IMG/VR virus record: IMGVR_UViG_3300046616_000603
Span: 6,376-70,375 of that record
Length of the DNA stretch: 64,000 nt
Direction: 5' to 3' (one strand)
DNA from: a virus
In this document: positions 27,077-34,754 of the stretch, in pieces
How positions within the stretch are numbered: position 1 is the first letter of the stretch
How the letters are laid out: the number at the start of each line of letters is the position of its first letter
The notes under the pieces: model-generated
The model's database searches: none
Told to the model about the DNA's origin: nothing
The model's input: only the letters and a program-made list of their open reading frames with translations
Translations under genes and position numbers: made by a program

Positions 27077-27842
27077 CGGCCGCTCGCGCTACTTCAGCGC
27101 CATCCTGGAACGATGCGAGCACCACGGCGAGTTCACTTCGATGCTCGTGGCTGGCGCCTGGTCAACCTGCGTTGTGTGCGATCAGGCGGATGAAGAAGCA
27201 GAGCGGGCGGCGGCGCAGGTCGCATGGAGGGGCCAGCTTTCCGCCCGTGCATGGGACGCCCGGCTGGGCCGTGCGGCGATTCCAGAGCGCTTTTCTGACC
27301 GGAGGCTGTCTACGTACCTGCCGACGTGTCCGGAGGCCGCCCAGGCGCTCTCCGTAGCTCAGCGCTATGCTGACAACTTCGGGTCCGTCCGCAAGTCCGG
27401 CGCGTGCCTGATTTTTTGCGGCGACGTTGGCACCGGCAAGACCCACCTGGCTGTTGGCATCGCGCACGCGGTGCTGGAGCAGGGCGGCCAAGCCGTGTTT
27501 TCCTCGGTGATCCGCGCCGTACGGTCCGTGAAGGAAACCTATGGCAAGGGCGTCCAGCGGACCGAAGCGCAGGCGCTGCGGGATCTGGTCGAGCCGGATC
27601 TGCTGATCCTCGACGAGGTGGGCGTGCAGTTCGGCACCGATGCCGAAAAGCTGATCCTATTCGAAATCATCAACGGCCGCTACGAGGCGCGCCGTCCGAT
27701 GATCATCATCAGCAATCTGGCCATCGGGGAGTTGGAGAAGTACCTGGGCGCGCGCGCGGTTGATCGGTTGCGCGAGGGTGGCGGCAAGGTGGTGGTGTTC
27801 GACTGGGAATCGTATCGCGGCCGGCGCGAGGTTGCGGCATGA
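27063..27842 (+). CDS. DnaC/IstB-like ATPase helicase loader
   Basis: GRAAIPERF, GDVGTGKTHLA, LLILDEVG, IINGRY, SNL, DRLRE. Confidence 0.9.
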   Translation: MARSDGRSRYFSAILERCEHHGEFTSMLVAGAWSTCVVCDQADEEAERAAAQVAWRGQLSARAWDARLGRAAIPERFSDRRLSTYLPTCPEAAQALSVAQRYADNFGSVRKSGACLIFCGDVGTGKTHLAVGIAHAVLEQGGQAVFSSVIRAVRSVKETYGKGVQRTEAQALRDLVEPDLLILDEVGVQFGTDAEKLILFEIINGRYEARRPMIIISNLAIGELEKYLGARAVDRLREGGGKVVVFDWESYRGRREVAA

Positions 27843-28264
27843 GCAAGTCGAAGAAACCACGCAAGGCCTACCGGCAGAAACCGGCGGTCCTTCCGTTCGG
27901 CATGCGCCGGCAGGTGCAGATGGAAATGCCCGGCTACCAGGCCATGATCGCGTTGGGCATGGACCACCTGCAGGAACAGCACATCTACGACCTGCTGTCG
28001 GCTGCGGACCTCGCGAAGCGCACGGCGCCGGCCGGGCACGCGATCATCGACGTTGCGCACAGCATGGTGCTGGCCTGCGCGGAGATCCAGCACCGCGCTC
28101 AGCGCGTCGGCAAGACAGGTGCCAGCGGCGACGAAATGCATCTGCTCAAGGCAGGCCTGCCGCAGCTGATGGATTTCCTGCGCACGGTATCGAACTTCGA
28201 TATTGCGCGGGCGGCTGCAGCGGCAGTCGCAGAGTTCGATCGCAACGGCGTACTGCGCGTATGA
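27839..28264 (+). CDS. Hypothetical phage protein
   Basis: MSKSKKPRKAYRQKP; ATGA-coupled. Confidence 0.7.
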   Translation: MSKSKKPRKAYRQKPAVLPFGMRRQVQMEMPGYQAMIALGMDHLQEQHIYDLLSAADLAKRTAPAGHAIIDVAHSMVLACAEIQHRAQRVGKTGASGDEMHLLKAGLPQLMDFLRTVSNFDIARAAAAAVAEFDRNGVLRV

Positions 28265-28338
28265 CACCACGCGCACGTGGCCTAGCGAAACACAAAAGAC
28301 TGTGTTAACGTCCAGCTACACACCAAGGAGTACACCAC

Positions 28339-28890
28339 ATGGGCTTTGCTGACCGATACCTGCACGCCGTAAATTCGTCCGACTTGCGCGATGATGAACA
28401 TCACCACGCCACCGACGCGCTGTGCGCGGCCGCGCTGGCCGACACCACCGGCGCCGGTATTGGATCGCTTCTTTCGCGCGTAAAGTACGCCGACGGCACT
28501 CAGCACAAGCTGTTCGAATCGGGTAGTGCCAACCTGGGCAGCCTGTTGCGCATCTGGACCGCGCGCGTGATCGTCAAGGGACGCGAGCGCAAGTGGGTGA
28601 AGGAGGGCACCGCGTGGGACGCGCAGGCCGCCCAGGCGCTGTACCGCCGCGTTGCCGAGCGCTCGCTGGCCTACTGGCTGGACGGGAAGTGCCCGGCGTG
28701 CAGCGGCAGCGGCAACACTGCCGACCGCCGTATCTGCGTTCCTTGCAGAGGCACCGGCAAGGCGGAGATCTCCGGCGCCGGAGGCTTCGAACTGGAGAGG
28801 GTCAAGGACATGGTGTCCGAACTGGAAGGTCTGCTTCAATCGCATAATACTCGCGCTTCGGTAATGCTGCGCAACAGCCAAGGAGCTTGA
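28339..28890 (+). CDS. Q-like late antiterminator with Zn finger
   Basis: CPACSGSG...CVPCRGTG; last early gene; AAGGAG RBS. Confidence 0.75.
   Translation: MGFADRYLHAVNSSDLRDDEHHHATDALCAAALADTTGAGIGSLLSRVKYADGTQHKLFESGSANLGSLLRIWTARVIVKGRERKWVKEGTAWDAQAAQALYRRVAERSLAYWLDGKCPACSGSGNTADRRICVPCRGTGKAEISGAGGFELERVKDMVSELEGLLQSHNTRASVMLRNSQGA
28795..28872 (+). repeat. Q 3'-end repeat, copy 1 (in the intact gene)
   Basis: Encodes ERVKDMVSELEGLLQSHNTRASVMLR. Confidence 0.85.
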
Positions 28891-28933
28891 TCCACATCAA
28901 ACGGCGCGCGCACCGGTCTGGTAATCTGCGCTG

Positions 28934-29104
28934 ATGGACTACAGGACGAAAGCAATGTGCCGGGTGGCTCTGGACTTGGCAAGGATGCATGGGCTTCAGT
29001 TCGCTGCGGCGTTTCTGGCGGAGAACCACGTTTCGATCGAGGTCGCTCTCTTTGTCCTCGTGAGACGAGAGACCGGAGGCGCATATAGTCGTGCTATCGT
29101 TTGA
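28934..29104 (+). CDS. Small hypothetical protein (56 aa)
   Basis: MDYRTKAMCRVALDLARMHGLQFAAAFLAENHVSIEVALFVL; directly before the recombinase. Confidence 0.5.
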   Translation: MDYRTKAMCRVALDLARMHGLQFAAAFLAENHVSIEVALFVLVRRETGGAYSRAIV

Positions 29105-29132
29105 AGGTATGGGTAACTGATTGAGGTGCGCC

Positions 29133-30671
29133 ATGCCATCAAGCAAGTCTACGGGCAGCGCCCGCGCGTTGGTTGGTAGGAAGGCTGCTTCCTACCTTCG
29201 AATGTCATCGGATGGGCAGGCGGGTTCAATCGCCAACCAGCGGGCGGCCATCGCCGCGTACGCGCGCCGCCACCGCATAGAGGTCGTCTCCGAGTACTCA
29301 GACCCCGGGAAGAGCGGGCTGGGGATAAAAGGGCGGCCAGGTCTGCAGCGGTTATTGGCTGATGTCACCAGTAAGGACGTCGAGTACCACGTAATCCTGG
29401 TGTACGACGTCAGCCGATGGGGACGGTTTCAAGATGTAGACGAAAGCGCACACTACGAGTTCCTCTGTCGGAACGCCGGGATCGACGTGGTTTATTGTGC
29501 GGAAGAATTCGATAACGACGGCTCCGCGATAGCAGCAATCGTGAAGACGATGAAGCGCGCAATGGCAGCTGAGTACAGTCGCGCCCTGTCCGTGAAGGTG
29601 TTCGAGGCACAGACACGCCTTGCTCGGTCGGGATTCAAGCAAGGTGGGCCGGCAGGATATGGTTTGCGCCGCGCCTCGGTTGGGCCAGACGGCGAAATTC
29701 GTAGGGTCCTGGTGGCCGGAGATCGGAAAGGCGCGCCGGCCGACCACGTCATTTTCGTGTGGGGCCCGAGTCACGAGGTGGCCATTGTGCGCCAGATCTA
29801 TGACTGGTACGTGAGCGGCGAGAAGGGCGACACTGCGATCGCCGCAGAACTAAACGCCCGTGGCATCACTTCGGAATCCGGCCGGACGTGGACCCCGCCG
29901 GTTGTGGTTAGCATCTTGACGAACGAGAAGTACATCGGCACCGTGGTGTACAACCGCAAATCATACAAGCTGCAGGGCGTGGTCTGCGACAATCCGCGCC
30001 AAGCATGGATCAGGAAGCCGAAAGCCTTTCCGGCCTTGATCGATTCGGCAGTTTTTCACCGCGCGCAGGAGATTCGCCGCGAGCGCGCGGAGCGCTACAC
30101 GCGGCAGGAGTTGTTGGATATCCTGCGGCGCATCTATTCGGAACACGGCAAAATCTCGACGAAGCTGATCGATGAGTATCCGGACGGTCCACACCACAAT
30201 GCGTTCCTGAACCGTTTCCAGACGCTCAGCAACGCATACCGTCTGGCAGGCGTGCCGGCCACGCAACGGGCCGATCGTTACCTGGACAGCTTACGCAAGA
30301 CCGAGACTATCCGTAATGACGCGATGGCAAAGGTCAAAGAATGTGTGGCAGCCGCTGGCGGTACGTTTGATCCGCTGCCGTCGAAGAACACCTTCGTTTT
30401 GAACGGCGCCGCACACACACGGTTGCTTGTCGTCCGGGCGCGCCGCAATCGCGAGGACCGGCCGTACCGTTGGAGCTTTCCCCTACGCGAGGTCGCAGGA
30501 ATACATTTCATTATTGCAATCCAACTTGAGCCATCAAACTCGGCTGTGCGCGGTTTGTATCTTTTACCAGTTGACGTTGTTCGCTATCCCACACTTGTCA
30601 TGCGCGAGGAACGTCCTGACGAGTTCGCGAGGTGTCGCTATTGTTCGATTGATGCTCTATTCGGGACCTGA
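29133..30671 (+). CDS. Large serine recombinase family protein
   Basis: YLRMSSDGQ catalytic Ser, YSDPGKSG, YDVSRWGRFQ, MAAEYSRALS, GGPAGYG, ILTNEKYIG. Confidence 0.9.
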   Translation: MPSSKSTGSARALVGRKAASYLRMSSDGQAGSIANQRAAIAAYARRHRIEVVSEYSDPGKSGLGIKGRPGLQRLLADVTSKDVEYHVILVYDVSRWGRFQDVDESAHYEFLCRNAGIDVVYCAEEFDNDGSAIAAIVKTMKRAMAAEYSRALSVKVFEAQTRLARSGFKQGGPAGYGLRRASVGPDGEIRRVLVAGDRKGAPADHVIFVWGPSHEVAIVRQIYDWYVSGEKGDTAIAAELNARGITSESGRTWTPPVVVSILTNEKYIGTVVYNRKSYKLQGVVCDNPRQAWIRKPKAFPALIDSAVFHRAQEIRRERAERYTRQELLDILRRIYSEHGKISTKLIDEYPDGPHHNAFLNRFQTLSNAYRLAGVPATQRADRYLDSLRKTETIRNDAMAKVKECVAAAGGTFDPLPSKNTFVLNGAAHTRLLVVRARRNREDRPYRWSFPLREVAGIHFIIAIQLEPSNSAVRGLYLLPVDVVRYPTLVMREERPDEFARCRYCSIDALFGT

Positions 30672-30747
30672 GCGCGTGCTGGACATGGTGTCCGGGCTGG
30701 AAGGCCTGCTCCAATCGCACAACGCACGTGCAGGAATTATGCCTCGG
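30670..30747 (+). repeat. Q 3'-end repeat, copy 2 (orphan)
   Basis: ERVLDMVSGLEGLLQSHNARAGIMPR; hand count 55/78 nt and 20/26 aa identical to copy 1. Confidence 0.85.
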
Positions 30748-30902
30748 GGCGTGACTGGAGTTTGAGGTGCCAACAGATACCGCGCTGGCATTCTCGCCGA
30801 GGGACCAGATTGTGCCGAGCTGTAGAAGTGGGCTACCTAAAAGCGGAAAGGTGCTACGATTGTTCAGGCAGCGAGCCCAAGCTACCGCAGCACCCCGGCT
30901 AA

Positions 30903-31652
30903 TCATTTCCCCATCGTGTAGGTGTAAATTACCGTTATAGCCAAGCGATTTTTTTCTTTATAGCGGATCGCATTCTCGCCAGTAGGTAGTGGCTGATTTG
31001 CCTTAATGCCGTCTCCAAGTTCTTTCGAATACGGTTCAACTGAGAGGCCGATACCGAGGTTGTGGGTCGACTTATCGCCATCATTCGGTTTGAAAGCGAC
31101 GAGCCATCCCAGCGTTACTGAATCCATTAGCTTTTTATCGCCGAATAGACTGGCACCGACGAACACACCCTGACGGAAGTGCAGGTTATCAAATCGCTCG
31201 GTGAAGTACCAGTGCCGCTCCAGCATCAATCGAGGGACGACATCACGTTCGCTGGAAACGCGCACCACGCCGTTGACGAGCTGCGCCTCTTCAATTGCTG
31301 ATCCGCGTTTGCCTAGCTTCGTGGATACTGCCAATCCGACACCGAAATTGTTCCAAAATTCATCGTTTTTCGATGCATTGCCATTTGCCTCATCGGCAGC
31401 TGCTTTTGCCTTCGCTGCTTTTTCTTTCGCGGCTGCAGCTGCTTTTTCCGTGTCGGCTGCTGCTTTGTCTGCATCCTCCACTTTCTTTTTTGCCAACTCG
31501 GCTTTTTGGGCCTTAAGGGCGTCGATAGTTTTTTGAGCCTCTTCAATTTGTTTGTCGATCGCAGCACCATCGGCTGGAGCGGCGCCTTGTTGTTGTGCAG
31601 ATGCGCCTGCAGAAAGTAGGCACATTGCTGTGATGATCACAAAGTTTTTCAT
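30903..31652 (-). CDS. Secreted/outer-membrane-like cargo protein
   Basis: Signal peptide MKNFVIITAMCLLSAGASA; Ala/Lys coiled coil; amphipathic beta-rich C-terminus; low GC. Confidence 0.8.
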   Translation of the reverse strand: MKNFVIITAMCLLSAGASAQQQGAAPADGAAIDKQIEEAQKTIDALKAQKAELAKKKVEDADKAAADTEKAAAAAKEKAAKAKAAADEANGNASKNDEFWNNFGVGLAVSTKLGKRGSAIEEAQLVNGVVRVSSERDVVPRLMLERHWYFTERFDNLHFRQGVFVGASLFGDKKLMDSVTLGWLVAFKPNDGDKSTHNLGIGLSVEPYSKELGDGIKANQPLPTGENAIRYKEKNRLAITVIYTYTMGK

Positions 31653-31846
31653 ATACCCCCTAGTTATCAATTGTAATTTATGAAACTATAAGGTAATTAT
31701 CGAAAAAGAATATGTCAATAATAATTGTTAATTTGAAACCACGGCGCAACAAATTGCAAATTGATAGTGCCGCGTCTGACGTCTCTAGCCCAGATCGGAG
31801 GGCATGGTCAAATAGCTCAATTTTTACTCTATCTAAGTCGATACAG

Positions 31847-31875
31847 TTGACTTACCAATCGGAGTACGTTAACGT
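31847..31875 (+). promoter_or_regulatory. Putative late promoter pR'
   Basis: TTGACT-N17-TAACGT about 140 nt before a strong terminator. Confidence 0.55.
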
Positions 31876-32012
31876 CCGTCCAACACACTCACCGCACTCG
31901 TAATGCAGGCTTATAGCCTCACCGATAGCAGTGATTCGAGGCTAGCACCGATCCTTTGATGCTTTCGCTCGCGTGTACCGCTCACTTCGCAGATAGCGCT
32001 GGAGCACCAACG

Positions 32013-32036
32013 AAGCCACCCTTGCGGTGGCTTTTT
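32013..32036 (+). terminator. tR'-like intrinsic terminator
   Basis: AAGCCACC-CTTGC-GGTGGCTTTTT. Confidence 0.8.
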
Positions 32037-32065
32037 CTATTTCCGCGCCTGTTTGCGAGGCCGCT

Positions 32066-32209
32066 ATGCCGAGTACCCCGACTTCCGCCGACTACCTCGC
32101 CCGGATCCGCTGGGTGCGGATGTGCATGGCGCTGCTCGCGATGCAGGACGACATGGCCGCCGCGCGGGAAGCTGCCGCAGCGCTGCCGCGCAAGCCTGCA
32201 CGCTGGTAG
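32066..32209 (+). CDS. Small hypothetical protein (47 aa)
   Basis: GAGG RBS; MPSTPTSADYLARIRWVRMCMALLAM. Confidence 0.4.
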   Translation: MPSTPTSADYLARIRWVRMCMALLAMQDDMAAAREAAAALPRKPARW

Positions 32210-32479
32210 GCCGCACTAAGCCGGCCGCCAAGGAGGTGTATCATGAAGTAGCAAAGCCCTAAGCCTCACCGCCAGTCGCCAATTCGGCGCGCTGCCGGCG
32301 TAGAAGCGCGACGTGACGCGCACGGGTCAAAAATCGGCTGATGAGTTTCGGAGCACCCGCCCGGAGATACTCAGGGGACGCCGCAAAGGCAAACATTTTA
32401 GACAGAGTACCCAGCCGGGCGCCGCCTTCGGGCCGCGTGCCAGATCGGCCGCCAGGACGCTGTAACCCGGCACCTAATT

Positions 32480-32646
32480 CTAGTGACCCGCTACATTGCG
32501 CGGTTTGACAGCGCGCCAACGGCGGGATAGCAACGTAGAAAGTGACAACCATCAAAAGGTTCACTCACCGACGAGTTACCTTGGTTGTACGGGCCCTCGA
32601 CAATGTCGAGAAATAGGTTCTAGCCAGCACTTCATATAGTGTTGGA
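32480..32646 (+). ncRNA. Candidate multibranch structured RNA upstream of the tRNA
   Basis: Nested stems read by eye: CTAG.GACC/GGTT.CTAG, CCCG/CGGG, CTACATTGC/GCAACGTAG, ACAACCA/TGGTTGT, CTCGAC/GTCGAG, then CCAGCACT/AGTGTTGG. Confidence 0.45.
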
Positions 32647-32649
32647 CGT

Positions 32650-32725
32650 GCCGTCATAGCTCAGGTGGAAGAGCGGCTGCCTTGTAAGCAGCGGGTCCAG
32701 GGTTCGAATCCTTGTGATGGCACCA
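32650..32725 (+). tRNA. tRNA-Thr (anticodon TGT)
   Basis: 76 nt; acceptor GCCGTCA/TGATGGC; anticodon arm GCTGC-CTTGTAA-GCAGC; GGTTCGAATCC; encoded CCA. Confidence 0.95.
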
Positions 32726-32756
32726 CATTTCCCAGTTCAGCCCCTGCTGTACGTTT

Positions 32757-32786
32757 GCCGCTGCTTTCACGCAGCGGTTTTTTTTT
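32757..32786 (+). terminator. Intrinsic terminator after the tRNA
   Basis: GCCGCTGC-TTTCAC-GCAGCGGT plus T run. Confidence 0.8.
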
Positions 32787-32796
32787 GAGGTGATGC

Positions 32797-32901
32797 ATGA
32801 GTCTACTCGCCATCATGATGATCCTGTGGGGCGTTGAACGCCCCGCGCCGGTGCCGCGCGCACCACGCGAACCGAACAAGGCCGCCTGGCCATACAAGTA
32901 A
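32797..32901 (+). CDS. Small hydrophobic peptide (34 aa)
   Basis: GAGGTG RBS; MSLLAIMMILWGVERPAPVPRAPREPNKAAWPYK. Confidence 0.45.
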   Translation: MSLLAIMMILWGVERPAPVPRAPREPNKAAWPYK

Positions 32902-32910
32902 CGTGCTGCT

Positions 32911-33037
32911 GCCGCCCATCGCGCTCCAGCGGGCGGGCACTAAAAGCGGGCGCAGATCGCTGACGAAACATGGCCGGGTGGTCCGGCCGGCGGGCGTGCT
33001 GCAATGCGCCCCGAGGTTCCAGCTCGGAGCGGGCGGC
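32911..33037 (+). ncRNA. Candidate multibranch structured RNA
   Basis: Closing stem GCCGCC..CGCTCC/GGAGCG.GGCGGC; arms CAGCG/CGCTG, GGCCGG/CCGGCC, GGGCGT/GCGCCC, CCGAG-GTTCCAG-CTCGG. Confidence 0.45.
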
Positions 33038-33055
33038 GACACTAAAAGGAACCTC

Positions 33056-33355
33056 ATGGAAATCGAACTGACCGAAACGAAGACCTACTCGTTCAAGCTG
33101 GGTGATAAGACATTGGCCAACTTCGCCATCGTGTCAGAGTGGAACGGTTTCACCGAGTTGCGCCACCCCGGTGGTGATCGGATGATCGTGCATGGCATGG
33201 CCAGTGCGTCGTCGCCGGGGTTTATGGATCTTTGGGGCGACATTTTCGGATCGCGCACCGGCATCGAGAAGGCACCGCTGCGCGTACGAATCGTCACTGC
33301 GAGCCCCGACATCATCGAAATCTTCGAAGCCGTGCGGGCAGTGCCGGCGCCATGA
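33056..33355 (+). CDS. Hypothetical protein
   Basis: AAGGA RBS; 99 aa; coupled to next gene. Confidence 0.6.
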   Translation: MEIELTETKTYSFKLGDKTLANFAIVSEWNGFTELRHPGGDRMIVHGMASASSPGFMDLWGDIFGSRTGIEKAPLRVRIVTASPDIIEIFEAVRAVPAP

Positions 33356-33597
33356 ACAAGCACCAGCACCCATCCAACAACGACGTGCTGGGCGCACCGG
33401 TCGGCTGGAATCAGGGCGACCTGACCTGCGCCGCGCTGCCGATCACCCGCGCCAAGTTCGGCGACATGGAGGCGGTGGTTTCGTACTGGCGCCCGAGCGC
33501 AGAAGAGCTGGCGGTACTGAACGCCGGCGGCAGCGTCGAGTTGGCCATCCTCGGTCGCACGATCCCGCCGGTGATGCTATCGGTCGACCCGCAGTAG
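33352..33597 (+). CDS. Hypothetical phage protein
   Basis: LGAPVGW...CAALPI...VVSYWRPSAEELAVLNAGG. Confidence 0.7.
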   Translation: MNKHQHPSNNDVLGAPVGWNQGDLTCAALPITRAKFGDMEAVVSYWRPSAEELAVLNAGGSVELAILGRTIPPVMLSVDPQ

Positions 33598-33598
33598 C

Positions 33599-34243
33599 AT
33601 GGTAAAGAAGTCCGCTGCACCTGGTGCTGGCCGCCCGGTGCCGCCGGCCGTGTTCGCTGACCCGTTGAACTGCCGCTTCGCTCCCGCGCCTGAAGTACTC
33701 GCCTGGGCCCGGGCCGAGATCCTCACCGAGGGTGGCCAGCTGCACAACGACGATCACGCGCACCTGGAATACGCCGACGTGCAGTTCCTCTGGGCGCCCG
33801 GCAGCTTCCAAAAGCAAGGCCGCACCGTCATCGGGCAGTGCGAAGAAATGACCTTCCGTTGCGGCCCGTGGCAGAAGGGCCGCCAGCAACAGCAGATGGC
33901 CGACTGGTTCGGCCGCGTGCCGGATTACCTGATCACGCTGGACGCGAGCTACTGCCTCACGTGCACGGACGCCGAGTTCTGCGCTCTGGTGGAGCATGAG
34001 CTCTATCACATCGGCCAGGAGCAGGACATCTTCGGCAGCCCGGCCTTTACCAAGGACGGCATGCCGAAGCTGATGATTCGCGGCCACGACGTCGAAGAAT
34101 TTGTCGGTGTGGTCCGCCGCTACGGAATAGGTCATCCCGAAGGCACGCTGGCCCAACTGGTCGCCGCCGCAAACGCCGCCCCAGAGGTGGCAAAGATCAA
34201 CATAGCGAGGGCGTGCGGTACCTGTCTGCTGAAGGCGGCTTGA
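33599..34243 (+). CDS. Putative phage metallopeptidase
   Basis: ALVEHELYHIG and GHDVEEFVGVVRRYG. Confidence 0.85.
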   Translation: MVKKSAAPGAGRPVPPAVFADPLNCRFAPAPEVLAWARAEILTEGGQLHNDDHAHLEYADVQFLWAPGSFQKQGRTVIGQCEEMTFRCGPWQKGRQQQQMADWFGRVPDYLITLDASYCLTCTDAEFCALVEHELYHIGQEQDIFGSPAFTKDGMPKLMIRGHDVEEFVGVVRRYGIGHPEGTLAQLVAAANAAPEVAKINIARACGTCLLKAA

Positions 34244-34274
34244 CATTGACGGCCCCTTGACGGAAGGCACCCCT

Positions 34275-34754
34275 ATGGCTGCACTCAAGGATGACGTCAA
34301 AGCCTTCATCGTGCAGGCGCTGGCGTGCTTCGACAAGCCGACGCAGGTGGTCGCCTCGGTCAAGGAACAATTCAAGCTAGACGTCACCCGTCAGCAGGTT
34401 GAAACCTACGACCCGACGAAGTACGCCGGCCGGACGCTGAACATCAAGTGGCGCACGCTGTTTGATGACACCCGCAAGCGCTTCCGTGAGGAGACTGCGG
34501 AGATCGGCATCGCGAATCGCTCCGCCCGACTGCGAGCGCTCGACCGGATGGCTGAACGGGCCGAGTCGAAGGGCAACCTACCGCTGGCCATGCAGATCAT
34601 CGAGCAGGCAGCTAAAGAGGTAGGCGATGTCTACGTGAACCGCCGCCTCGACGCGCCGAAGACACCGGCTGGGACACAGGAGGGGGGAATCCCGAAAGCC
34701 GCTGAGTACGTGCTGAAGCCTGACGAAGATGTCCCAGATAGCCCTGTACTCTGA
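34275..34754 (+). CDS. Terminase small subunit (DUF2280-like)
   Basis: MAALKDDVKAFIVQALACFDKPTQV...YDPTK...EQAAKEVGDVYVNR. Confidence 0.85.
   Translation: MAALKDDVKAFIVQALACFDKPTQVVASVKEQFKLDVTRQQVETYDPTKYAGRTLNIKWRTLFDDTRKRFREETAEIGIANRSARLRALDRMAERAESKGNLPLAMQIIEQAAKEVGDVYVNRRLDAPKTPAGTQEGGIPKAAEYVLKPDEDVPDSPVL

Noticed and set aside
29133-30671. Serine recombinase as the prophage integrase
   Set aside because: It lies mid-genome, and the tRNA-type att fragment points to a tyrosine integrase outside the window.
32338-32395. CTGATGA suggesting a hammerhead ribozyme
   Set aside because: No GAAA after stem II and no matching stem I/III with a cleavage triplet.
32726-32790. Possible theta/HDV-like ribozyme after the tRNA
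   Set aside because: The sequence is explained by a simple terminator hairpin; no nested pseudoknot seen.
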